Source: an uncultured Actinomycetes bacterium (GTDB taxonomy: Bacteria; Actinomycetota; Thermoleophilia; Gaiellales; JAICJC01). Taken from it: 64,000 bases of DNA. The stretch covers positions 204,142-268,141 of the forward strand of contig CAVTSO010000025.1 in assembly GCA_963737445.1 (NCBI GenBank), in the 5' to 3' direction. Below are positions 41,933 to 50,678 of the stretch, one piece after another (the stretch's first letter is position 1; every line of letters begins with the position of its first letter). The notes under the pieces are model-generated. The model made no database searches. It saw nothing but the letters and a program-made list of their open reading frames with translations, and had not been told where the DNA came from. Made by a program: the position numbers and the translations under genes.

Positions 41933-42351
41933 GCGACGGTGCGCCCCGGCGGCGTGACCGTGCGTCGCCAGGGCGTGGACCACGACGTCCGAGGTAAACG
42001 TTGATCGCGCTCCAATCGGATCCGGCGGTCCAGACCAGTCGCCGGTATGCGGCTTCACGACTGGGATGCGAGCAGCCCGGGTTTCCCGCGCGGCAAACCA
42101 ATACATCCCTAACAACTTGACACTCCGGCGCGGCCGTGGCAGGGCGCCGACCGGGGTTGGCACACCCCTCGTACTGAGACGGCAAAATCAGCGACGGCGC
42201 CGGTTGCCGATCGGTGGCGGACGGACCCGAACGGCACGCCACCTCACGTTCACGTCTCTGATCCACCGCTGATTAGTGGTTTCAAACGGCTTGATCGCTG
42301 GTCGCGATCGCCGCCGGATGGACGCTCAAGCGACGTGACGTCTGAGTCCCG

Positions 42352-43743
42352 TTATTGCCCCCTGGTGTACCAGCTGCCGCCGGGGCCGACGTAGCTCGTA
42401 CCTTCGCTCCAGATCACGTAGTTGACGCCGGACGGTGCCGTCTCCATCTCGAAGTAGTCACCGTACGGGAACGCGTAACCGGCGGCCGTCTTGTACGGCG
42501 CGCCCGACCCGAGGTCTGACAGCCGCACCGCGGTCGACCAGGCTCCGCCGCCGTTGGTGGTGCGTGTGTACCAAGTGTTGTATGCGCTCGAGCCGTTCCT
42601 GTTGTCTTGCCACGCAACGCGGAAGTCGCCGGCGGTCGGCCCATGGGAGACGACGGGGAACCCGCTATCTCCGAGACCGTTCAGCTGCTGCCGCGCGCTC
42701 CAGGTTGCACCGTCGGTGGATGTGCGTACGTACAACCCCTTCGGCGCTCCCGCCGTGGTGTTGAGCGTGTAGGCGACCAGCACCTTGCCGGCCGAGTCGA
42801 CCGAGAGCATCGCCTGCGGTCCCAGGAAGTCGTTCGTGCAGCCGTTGGACGTGCAGGCCGGCTGCTGCTCGGATGTGTCGATGAAGGTCGTCGTCCACGA
42901 CGTTCCGCCGTTGGTGGAGCGGAGCACCGCCAGCTTCACCTGGCCGGTGGCGCTCTGGTTCTCGGCGCTCTCGGAGAAGTAGATCGAGCCGTTGGGAGCA
43001 ACGGTGCCGCCCTCGGCGAACCAGTAGAGGGAGTCGCTGTTGGTCTTGACCCGGGTGCCCCAGGTCGCGCCGAAGTCGTGCGAGGCGACCACATAGCTGT
43101 CGCTCGAGTTGAAGGCGATGTAGACGTCCTTGCCGGTCGGCGATATCGCGAGGATCGGCTTGTCGCTGAAGCTGAGGGACTTGCCCTCAACCGACTTTGG
43201 CTTTGACCAGGTCGCCCCGTGATTGGTCGACTTCGAGAACACCACGCCCGGCTGGTAGTCGTTCAGCCACGCCGCATACAAGGTGCCGTCGCTGGCCACG
43301 GCCAGCTGCGGATCGTTCTGCGCCTTCACGCTCTTGCACGCACAGATGTACGTGTCTGGGCCCCAAGTGGCCCCGCCGTCGCTCGAGGCGCGCACGATGA
43401 TTGCTGGATCCGAACACGAGGCGCAGGCCTTTGGCCCGCCGTAGCGCGTGGTCGCCTGGTAGACGTACGACGAACTGGGATCGACCCCGATCGCGGGCTC
43501 CCAGTCATCACCGGTGCTCCACAGACGCTCCGAGTCGAATCCCGTCGGCGCCGCCGCGGCCTGCACCTTCAGCTGACGAACCGTGCCATGGAAGGCTGCG
43601 ATCCGCGCCCCCGCCACGTCCTTGTCCGGATCTCCCTTGCCGTCGTGCTCCTCACTGCTGCGCCCCAACCCGACGATCAGAGCCGCCACCACGACCACCA
43701 CCACGACCACGATCCCCACCAGCAACAATCGTCTCTGCAGCAT
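42352..43743 (-). CDS. BNR/Asp-box beta-propeller (sialidase-like), membrane-anchored
   Basis: N-terminal poly-Val TM; Asp-boxes SSDGGATW, STNHGATW, SHDFGATW, STNGGTSW, STDGATW, TTNGGGAW. Confidence 0.88.
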   Translation of the reverse strand: MLQRRLLLVGIVVVVVVVVAALIVGLGRSSEEHDGKGDPDKDVAGARIAAFHGTVRQLKVQAAAAPTGFDSERLWSTGDDWEPAIGVDPSSSYVYQATTRYGGPKACASCSDPAIIVRASSDGGATWGPDTYICACKSVKAQNDPQLAVASDGTLYAAWLNDYQPGVVFSKSTNHGATWSKPKSVEGKSLSFSDKPILAISPTGKDVYIAFNSSDSYVVASHDFGATWGTRVKTNSDSLYWFAEGGTVAPNGSIYFSESAENQSATGQVKLAVLRSTNGGTSWTTTFIDTSEQQPACTSNGCTNDFLGPQAMLSVDSAGKVLVAYTLNTTAGAPKGLYVRTSTDGATWSARQQLNGLGDSGFPVVSHGPTAGDFRVAWQDNRNGSSAYNTWYTRTTNGGGAWSTAVRLSDLGSGAPYKTAAGYAFPYGDYFEMETAPSGVNYVIWSEGTSYVGPGGSWYTRGQ

Positions 43744-43775
43744 CTTGCCTTGCCTCCCCAGACCGGTTGAGGGAC

Positions 43776-45044
43776 TCAGTTCTGTCGGTTCGCCCAGATG
43801 TCTCCGTGCACCTGGCCGGTGTCGCCTTCGCCCATCACCGCCACGGCCTTGCCGGCGGAGTTGATGGCGACCGTGTCGTAGTCGCCATACGGCGAGCCGA
43901 AGCCGGCTGGTGTCTTGTAGGACGCACCGGAGGTCGCGTCCGACACCTTTGCATCGGCGGTCCAGGTGGCACCGCCGTCGGCGGATTGGCGCTCCCAAAC
44001 GTTCCAGCCACCACCGCGGTTGTCCATCCAGGTGATCACGAACTGGCCCGCTGCCTTGCCTGCGGCGGCAACCTGGGTGGCGTCCGCCCCGCCCGCTGAG
44101 GTCGTCATCTCGACCCGGGCGCTCCAGGTGGCACCCGAATCGGCCGAGCGGCGCACGTACACCTTGCCGTTCGCGCCCACGCTGATCGACCCGCTGTATA
44201 GGAGCACCAGCGTACCGGCAGCATCAGAAGCGACCGTGGTCACCGACGAGGTCGCGAACGTTGCCCCGGTGTTGAGCGTATCCGCCACCGTTCGCTGCCA
44301 TGTGCCCCCGCCGTTCGTGGAGCGGAACGCGACGATGTTGATAGGCCCAGTGAGCTTTGTGCTGTTGCCCTTCTCGGGATACTCCGACCCGACCATCACG
44401 GCCGTCCCGTTCGGGAGCACCGTGCCGCCGTTCGGGTAGTAGTAGATGTTCGACTCGTTCGTGATCCGTACCGGCGTCGAGAAGGTGAGACCTGCGTCGT
44501 GCGACGAGGTGGCGTCGATGTTGCCGTGCGACGCCCACATCACGTAGATGTCCTGTCCGTTGGCGCTGGTGGTCATCCACGGCTTGTCACCCCAGGTGCC
44601 GACGGAGATCTTGATCGGCGTCGACCAGGTGGCCGCGTGGTCGGTCGACCGGGTGAATGAGATGTGGTTTCCCTGCATGAAGGTCGCGTACACGGCGCCG
44701 GTGCTCGACGTCGCCAGCGTGATGTCGTACTCCCCCTTCCCGCAATTCGGGCAAAGTGGCTCGACCGCGCCCCACGTCGATCCGCCGTCGGTTGACGTCC
44801 GCGTGCTGATGGTGATGCTGGGGCCCGAGTACTGCATCCAGGCGGCATAGACGTACGGCGCCGACGGATCGGCGGCGATCGCCGGCTCCCACCCGTCACC
44901 CGTCGCCGGCGAGGAGATGATCGACTCCCCCTGCCAGGTAATTGGCGCGGCGCGTACTCCCGCCACTCCCACCGTCAACGCGATCACGGTCACCGCAAAT
45001 GCCGCACAAACGGTCATGCCAACGCGAAACGTGGATCCCGACAC
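43776..45044 (-). CDS. BNR/Asp-box beta-propeller (sialidase-like), secreted
   Basis: Signal peptide; Asp-boxes STDGGSTW, STDHAATW, SHDAGLTF, STNGGGTW, SADSGATW, SADGGATW. Confidence 0.88.
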   Translation of the reverse strand: MSGSTFRVGMTVCAAFAVTVIALTVGVAGVRAAPITWQGESIISSPATGDGWEPAIAADPSAPYVYAAWMQYSGPSITISTRTSTDGGSTWGAVEPLCPNCGKGEYDITLATSSTGAVYATFMQGNHISFTRSTDHAATWSTPIKISVGTWGDKPWMTTSANGQDIYVMWASHGNIDATSSHDAGLTFSTPVRITNESNIYYYPNGGTVLPNGTAVMVGSEYPEKGNSTKLTGPINIVAFRSTNGGGTWQRTVADTLNTGATFATSSVTTVASDAAGTLVLLYSGSISVGANGKVYVRRSADSGATWSARVEMTTSAGGADATQVAAAGKAAGQFVITWMDNRGGGWNVWERQSADGGATWTADAKVSDATSGASYKTPAGFGSPYGDYDTVAINSAGKAVAVMGEGDTGQVHGDIWANRQN

Positions 45045-45139
45045 CGGAGGCTCCTTATCGTGGGATGGCGGCGCATAACGTATAAACCCCCAAACGTTCT
45101 GTCAAACCGAATCCGGCGTGTGGACGCGTACACGGAGCG

Positions 45140-46285
45140 TTATCTGCTGGCCTTGCCCAGTGCGCCGGCGAGCTCGTCGATGTCGGAGCTGTCGTTGTAG
45201 GCGTGAAGGGACACGCGGATGCCGCCCCCTCTCGAGCTGACCACGATCTGATGCTCTTCAGCGAGGCAAGCCTGGATCGCCGGTGCCGCGAGCGTGGGAT
45301 GACGCAGCGAGACGATGTGATGGCTCGCCGCGGGCGCGTCGAGATCTCGGAATGGCGTCCAGCCGTGAGATACCGTCGCGGCTACGAGTTCGTGCGCGAG
45401 TGCATCGGCATGTCGGGTGAGCGCCGGAAAGCCGACTCCGGTCAACAGCTGGATCGAGGTGCTCAGCCCGGCGGCCGAGCTGTAGGCGATCGTTGAGAGT
45501 TCGAACCGTCGCGCGCCGGTTGCGAGCGCCAGCGTCGTGGGGTCGAACTGGAAGGGATGCTCGGTGCTCTTCCAGCCGACGATCGGCGGCACGGCCTGCA
45601 GCAACTCGTCGGCGGCCACCAGCAGCGCGACGCCGCCATGCGTCGACAGCCATTTGTACCCGCTGCAAACGAGCGCGTCAGCAGACCACGAACGCTGGCT
45701 CACTTCCATCGCTCCAGCCATCTGCGTGACGTCGACGATGACACGCGCCCCCACCGCGTGCGCACGCCGAACGACCTCGCCGACATCGACCAGCGAACCG
45801 GTGGCGAACTGAACCGCACTGAAGCAGACCGCAGTGGTGCCGCTCTGCATGCCGTCGACAAGTGCGGTCGTGAGATCCTGTTTTGGACTGTCCTCGACCC
45901 ACCTGATAACCGTGCCGAACCGCTCGCGCGCCACGAGCCACGGGTACGTGACGCTGGGAAAATCGGTCGCCACGAGCAGCACCTCGCCTCCGGCCTTCCC
46001 TGCCAGGATCGCGAGCTGACCGAGCGCCTCACTGGCTCCTCCTACCACCGCTACCGACCGCAGCGGCGCGTCCAACAACCCGGCCGCGGCCTGTCGGAGA
46101 TGATCCAGAATCCGCTCTTCGGCGACGTCCGAGAGCCGCGCGTTGCCGTACTGGGCCACGTCGACGAGGAAATCGACCATCGCCTCCGTCGACCGCCGCG
46201 GAACCAGCCCCAGCGACGCCTGGTTCAGGTACACGCAGCGCTCCAGCGCCGCGTATTCCTCGCGCGGGACCAGGGCCGACGTCAA
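45140..46285 (-). CDS. Aminotransferase class V (PLP) enzyme
   Basis: YLNQAS, DFPS, VQFATG, VDVTQ, SGYKWL, RVSLHAYN. Confidence 0.9.
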   Translation of the reverse strand: MTSALVPREEYAALERCVYLNQASLGLVPRRSTEAMVDFLVDVAQYGNARLSDVAEERILDHLRQAAAGLLDAPLRSVAVVGGASEALGQLAILAGKAGGEVLLVATDFPSVTYPWLVARERFGTVIRWVEDSPKQDLTTALVDGMQSGTTAVCFSAVQFATGSLVDVGEVVRRAHAVGARVIVDVTQMAGAMEVSQRSWSADALVCSGYKWLSTHGGVALLVAADELLQAVPPIVGWKSTEHPFQFDPTTLALATGARRFELSTIAYSSAAGLSTSIQLLTGVGFPALTRHADALAHELVAATVSHGWTPFRDLDAPAASHHIVSLRHPTLAAPAIQACLAEEHQIVVSSRGGGIRVSLHAYNDSSDIDELAGALGKASR

Positions 46286-46337
46286 ACCAAAGACCTAACA
46301 AGGCGAGGCATCGCGTATGAGTATCCCTAAACGCGCG

Positions 46338-46373
46338 CGGCTGGGGTGCCGGGCTCGCCCGGCGCCCCAGCCG
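46338..46373. terminator. GC-rich hairpin, probable terminator
   Basis: CGGCTGGGGTGCCGGGC-TC-GCCCGGCGCCCCAGCCG just beyond the stop at 46386. Confidence 0.55.
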
Positions 46374-46385
46374 TTTCAGCTCAGC

Positions 46386-46760
46386 TCAGTTGCAGATCCA
46401 GGACGGCTGCGACGTGTTGCAGGTGTTGCCTGGGAAGTGATTGTCGCTGCCGGACCCGTCATAGAAGATGTCCAGCGGCGAGTTACCGGTGATGGTGTTG
46501 TTGGAGATGGTGTCGTGGCGCGGGTTGAAGCCGCTACCGCCACCGATCTTGGCCGAAACCAGCACCAGCCCAGCGGAGATGAACGAATCGCCGCCCGGCT
46601 TGTTGCCGGTGATCCAGTTGTGCGTGACCCGCGTCCGGCGAGCGCCCACCAGCAGCATGCCGATGCCCGACAGGGGCGGTGCGCCCTCGTCGTCGGCGGG
46701 ACAGGCCTTGTCGTTGCCCCACGAGCGGTTGTTCCACAGCGTGACTGCGCAACAGGCCGA
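46386..46760 (-). pseudogene. C-terminal fragment of a right-handed beta-helix protein
   Basis: NRSWGNDKAC, SGIGMLLVGA, NWITGN, NTITGN, NHFPGNTC; no credible N-terminus or start. Confidence 0.6.
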
Positions 46761-46805
46761 GCTACGGGCGGCAACTAACCAACGACACCAGGAGAAGGTG
46801 CAGCG

Positions 46806-47018
46806 ATGACCGGGCCTCGACTCCTTGTGGTGCCGCAAGCGACGTCCTACACTGTGGTCATGAACGTCGTGGCGCTGTTGCGCCGAATCGGACGCAGGTT
46901 GCAGCCGCCCGGGAACCGTGGCTCGCTCGAAACGGAGTATCGCCAGCCGAACATGGATCCCACGCACTCTCAGTCCGAAGGCAGTTACGTCGCGAAGATG
47001 AACAGCGGCGGCAGGTAG
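46806..47018 (+). CDS. Possible small hypothetical protein
   Basis: Short ORF filling a gap; no motif. Confidence 0.25.
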   Translation: MTGPRLLVVPQATSYTVVMNVVALLRRIGRRLQPPGNRGSLETEYRQPNMDPTHSQSEGSYVAKMNSGGR

Positions 47019-47077
47019 CTCGCCGCGCCCCCGGCAGATACCCGGGGGCGGAAACCTTCGGAACCTTTCGCGCCGGC

Positions 47078-47986
47078 TCAGGCTCGATCGGAGAGCGACC
47101 CCGCAACGTCGGCCACGTACTGGACGATGCGTCTCGCCTCCGTGCCGTCGGGATCCTGCTCCGGGTCATAGATCGCGATGCTCCAGCCGGCACAACCGCC
47201 ACAGGCGAGCGCGGCAGCCGTGAGCTCGGTGAGTTGTGGCCAGTCGAGACCACCCGGCTCGTCCTCGTCGTCGGGCACCCGGCCGGCGGTGAAGATGTCC
47301 TGCGCGAGCACGTCGAGATCGGTGTGCAGCCACCATGCTGGCGCCGAGTCACGGACATGCGCGACGGCCTTGCGCGCGACCTGGGCGGGATCGGCCGGGA
47401 TCGCCTCGTAGCCCCGGAAAAACACGCCACGGTCGGCCAGACTTGCGAGGTTGAGCGTTCGGCGTAGCGCACGGTCGCGCGGACCGAGCATGGCCAGCGC
47501 CGCCGGCTCGAGCGCCGGCAGGTGGCGGCGCAGCGGCGCGGGCGCGAGCTGCCCGGTGATGCCCAGGAGCAGGCCCACCTCCATGTTCGCCGCCTCGCCG
47601 TCGGGCGACACGTCCAGCGGCGTCGTATCCTGATGACCATCGACGAACACCAGGCCGGCCCGGCCGTGGTGGTCGCGCAGGCAGGTCACCGCGCCCAGCA
47701 GCACCGAGCACTCACCGCCATAGACGATCGGGAAGCGACCGGCGGCCAGCGCCGCACCCACCTGCTCGCGAAGCTCCTCGACCAGGGCCAGCAAGGCCGC
47801 CTCGTTCATCAATCCCGAGCCGGCGGCACGACCCGGGTCGGGGGTCGGCAACACGAAATCGGTCCGCCCTACCTCACGCTTGCCGAAGGCGCCTTCGAGG
47901 CCGGCGTCGCGCAGCGCCTCGGCCGCGCAGGCCTGGTGCCCGACACGGCCGAAGCCGTCGAAGGGAGCCCCGATCAGCTGAATCAA
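47078..47986 (-). CDS. Arginase/ureohydrolase family protein
   Basis: GAPFDG, GGEC, VDGHQD, HTDLDVL, PGGLDW, IYDPEQD. Confidence 0.88.
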   Translation of the reverse strand: MIQLIGAPFDGFGRVGHQACAAEALRDAGLEGAFGKREVGRTDFVLPTPDPGRAAGSGLMNEAALLALVEELREQVGAALAAGRFPIVYGGECSVLLGAVTCLRDHHGRAGLVFVDGHQDTTPLDVSPDGEAANMEVGLLLGITGQLAPAPLRRHLPALEPAALAMLGPRDRALRRTLNLASLADRGVFFRGYEAIPADPAQVARKAVAHVRDSAPAWWLHTDLDVLAQDIFTAGRVPDDEDEPGGLDWPQLTELTAAALACGGCAGWSIAIYDPEQDPDGTEARRIVQYVADVAGSLSDRA

Positions 47987-48327
47987 CAGCTGATCCGAAC
48001 CGTGCCGGAGTCATCCACGGCGAACACCATCCCGCTGCCGTTGGTGCCGTGGTAGATCCCGTTCATGCCGGCCCTCCACGGCTCGTTCAGCACCTGCGTG
48101 AAGCCACCCGGCCCGGCCTGCGGGCAGTGCACCGTCAGCGGCACAGCCAGGTCGTCGGTCGAGAACGTGCGGGTGCCGCGAACCACGACCGAGTGGTAGG
48201 GAGGGCCGGCGGAGGCGCTCCCGACGGTCGCTGCGCCGCCGGTCGAGCCCGCCTCGCTGCCGCCGCCCAGGCCGCATCCCGCCGCCATCGCCGCCAGAGT
48301 CACCGTCAACACCAGGCTGCGCCACAT
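47983..48327 (-). CDS. Hypothetical lipoprotein
   Basis: Lipobox AAGC; stop overlaps the arginase start. Confidence 0.65.
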   Translation of the reverse strand: MWRSLVLTVTLAAMAAGCGLGGGSEAGSTGGAATVGSASAGPPYHSVVVRGTRTFSTDDLAVPLTVHCPQAGPGGFTQVLNEPWRAGMNGIYHGTNGSGMVFAVDDSGTVRISC

Positions 48328-48373
48328 CTCCGAAGGGACGGTACACGCCGCGGACTCGAGCCCGCCGGCCCCA

Positions 48374-49558
48374 GTGATGGCTATGGTCCGGCGGGTGAGC
48401 AGCTCACGCCACTTCCGCCAGAAGACCGGCGAGGAGCAACGGGCGACCTGGCTGGAGCTGTTCTTCGACCTGGTCTTCGTGTTCGCGGTGACGCAGCTCA
48501 GCCACCTGCTGCTGCATAACCTGACGCTGCACGGCGCGCTGCAGACGCTGTTCCTGCTGCTGGTCGTGTGGTGGGCCTGGATCTACACGACCTGGATGAC
48601 CAACTGGTTCGATCCCGAGTCGGTGCTGGTGCGACTGGTGCTGCTGGTGGTGATGGCATCCAGCCTGCTGATGGCGGTCGCCATCCCCGAGGCCTTCGGC
48701 AGGCTGGCGCCGCTGTTCGCCTGCTCCTACGTCCTGCTGCAGGTGATTCGGAACGCCTTCAACGTCTACGCCACGCCGCGCGACAACCCCTTCTACATCA
48801 TCTTCCGCCGGATCCTGGCCTGGAGCCTGGTCTCGGGCGTGCTGTGGCTGGCCGGCGGGTTCGCGCCGTCGGGCGCCCGCACGTGGCTGTGGATCGCGGC
48901 GCTGGTGGTCGACTACGTGGCACCGTCCGTGGGCTACTGGACGCCCCGGCTGGGCCGCTCGGCGACCACTGACTGGGAGATCGAGACAGCGCACTTCGCG
49001 GAGCGGTTCCAGCTGTTCATCATCATCGCGCTGGGCGAGTCGATCGTCGTCACCGGCGCCACCGCCTCGTCGCTGGTGCTGGACTTCGCGAACGGGACGG
49101 CGCTGATGGTGGCATTCGGGACGTCCGCGGCGCTGTGGTGGCTGTACTTCGACGAGGTCGGATGGCGCGCGCAGCGGACCCTGTCGCGGGCCCATGACAG
49201 CGGCAGGCTCGCGCGCGACGCCTACACCTACCTGCACATCCCGATCGTGGCGGGCATCATCGTCGTCGCCGTAGGGGACGAGCTCGTGATCGCACATCCC
49301 GGCGCGTCCCCGTCGGGCGTGGAGCTGGCCGTGATCCTGGGCGGGCCGGTGCTGTACCTGGTCGGCCACACCCTGTTTCGGCTGCGCATGATCCACAACG
49401 TCAGCCGCAAGCGCGTGGTCGCCACGCTCGCCATCCTCGCGCTGGCGCTGCTCGGCAGCACGCTCACATCCCTGGCGCTCGCCGCCTGCGTGCTCGCGAT
49501 CCTGGCGGTGCTGGCAGGGGACGAGACGCGACACCGCCTGTCCGCCGCGGCGGCATAG
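48374..49558 (+). CDS. ltrA: Low temperature requirement protein A family
   Basis: ATWLELFFDLVFVFAVTQLS, WWAW..TTW..N, HFAERF.LF.IIALGES, WWLYF, YTYLH. Confidence 0.93.
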   Translation: MMAMVRRVSSSRHFRQKTGEEQRATWLELFFDLVFVFAVTQLSHLLLHNLTLHGALQTLFLLLVVWWAWIYTTWMTNWFDPESVLVRLVLLVVMASSLLMAVAIPEAFGRLAPLFACSYVLLQVIRNAFNVYATPRDNPFYIIFRRILAWSLVSGVLWLAGGFAPSGARTWLWIAALVVDYVAPSVGYWTPRLGRSATTDWEIETAHFAERFQLFIIIALGESIVVTGATASSLVLDFANGTALMVAFGTSAALWWLYFDEVGWRAQRTLSRAHDSGRLARDAYTYLHIPIVAGIIVVAVGDELVIAHPGASPSGVELAVILGGPVLYLVGHTLFRLRMIHNVSRKRVVATLAILALALLGSTLTSLALAACVLAILAVLAGDETRHRLSAAAA

Positions 49559-49740
49559 ATGATTGATCGGTATCTCGTGATGTCCAAGGCGCAAGGCATC
49601 GCCTTGCGCCGGTCGGGAGCGATCTGCGATCACGCAGATCGCGGACGGAGACGACAGTTCGCAGCCGTAGCCACCCCAACCACCGCTAACCCAGAACGAC
49701 CGCAGCGGCCAGGCTCGGGAGAGATACCGATCAATCATCT
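49557..49740. mobile_element. 184-bp MITE-like element with perfect 20-bp terminal inverted repeats
   Basis: AGATGATTGATCGGTATCTC (49557-49576) and its exact reverse complement (49721-49740); internal perfect 10-bp hairpins at 49588-49610 and 49619-49642. Confidence 0.65.
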
Positions 49741-49745
49741 CAGAT

Positions 49746-50621
49746 CTACCGATGAGGCCGCAGCCGGCCGCCGCCGGCGCCGCCCGCGATCAGCTCCGGA
49801 GTGGAGCGCTCGAGCGCGTCCCACCCGCACTCCGAGTAGCGGATCCGCTCCTCCTCCGCGGCGCCGCCGCGGACGCCGAATAGCCGCTTCGAAAACAACA
49901 GGTAGCCGAGCACGGCCAGGTTGATCACGGTCGCTCCCACCTTGAGCAGACTGGGGCCGCTCACAAGCTCGCTCAGCTCGTAGGGCAGAAAGGCGCCGGT
50001 GGCGATGAACGTCAGGTACTCGGCCCAGCGCTTCATCAGCCACAGCCCGACCGCCTCCACCCCCTCCACCAGCGCGTACAGGCCGAGGCCGCCGGCGATC
50101 AGATAGAGCGTGTTCGAATCGGCGTGAAACAGCCTGTCGACCTCTCCCAGCAAGCCGTGATGCCGGGGCAGCGGCCCGTTGTTGACGCCCTCGATCGCCC
50201 GCAGCGCCGTGTCGTAGAGGCGGCGCAGGTGGGCCTGGTCGTTCGCGAACACGAACACCGCCCCCGCCAGCGCCGCCAGCACGACGAAGTGGATGAAGCG
50301 GTCGATCGCGATCAGCCGCAGCACGATCAGATCGCGCATCGCCCGGCCCCGCGGCGGCAGTTCGATCTCGGCGTGCGCAGGCACCCGGTCGCGCTCTGGC
50401 GCCGCCGGAGGCGCCAGCGGCACCCAGGCGTCGCAGCGCAGGCAGCGGTGCCAGCGCACCCCGTCGATCTCGCGCACGATCACGCCGTCCTGCTCGGTCA
50501 CCTCGCGAACGTCGGTGCCGACCAGCACGTGGCCGCGGGCGCCGCAGGCCAGCAGCTCCCAGTGGAACCGCGGCAGATAGCGGGCCGGGTGGTAGAAGGG
50601 CTTGGGTGCGATCACCGCCAT
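49746..50621 (-). CDS. DUF2127 membrane protein
   Basis: ELLAC...GH, RCLRC, LRLIAIDR, EAVGLW..KRWAEY, LPYE, KRLFGVRGG. Confidence 0.88.
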   Translation of the reverse strand: MAVIAPKPFYHPARYLPRFHWELLACGARGHVLVGTDVREVTEQDGVIVREIDGVRWHRCLRCDAWVPLAPPAAPERDRVPAHAEIELPPRGRAMRDLIVLRLIAIDRFIHFVVLAALAGAVFVFANDQAHLRRLYDTALRAIEGVNNGPLPRHHGLLGEVDRLFHADSNTLYLIAGGLGLYALVEGVEAVGLWLMKRWAEYLTFIATGAFLPYELSELVSGPSLLKVGATVINLAVLGYLLFSKRLFGVRGGAAEEERIRYSECGWDALERSTPELIAGGAGGGRLRPHR

Positions 50622-50678
50622 GTGCGTAAGTCTGTCGGCGCGGGGCGACGTCGCGTTTAGCGCCCGCTGCTCACCCGG

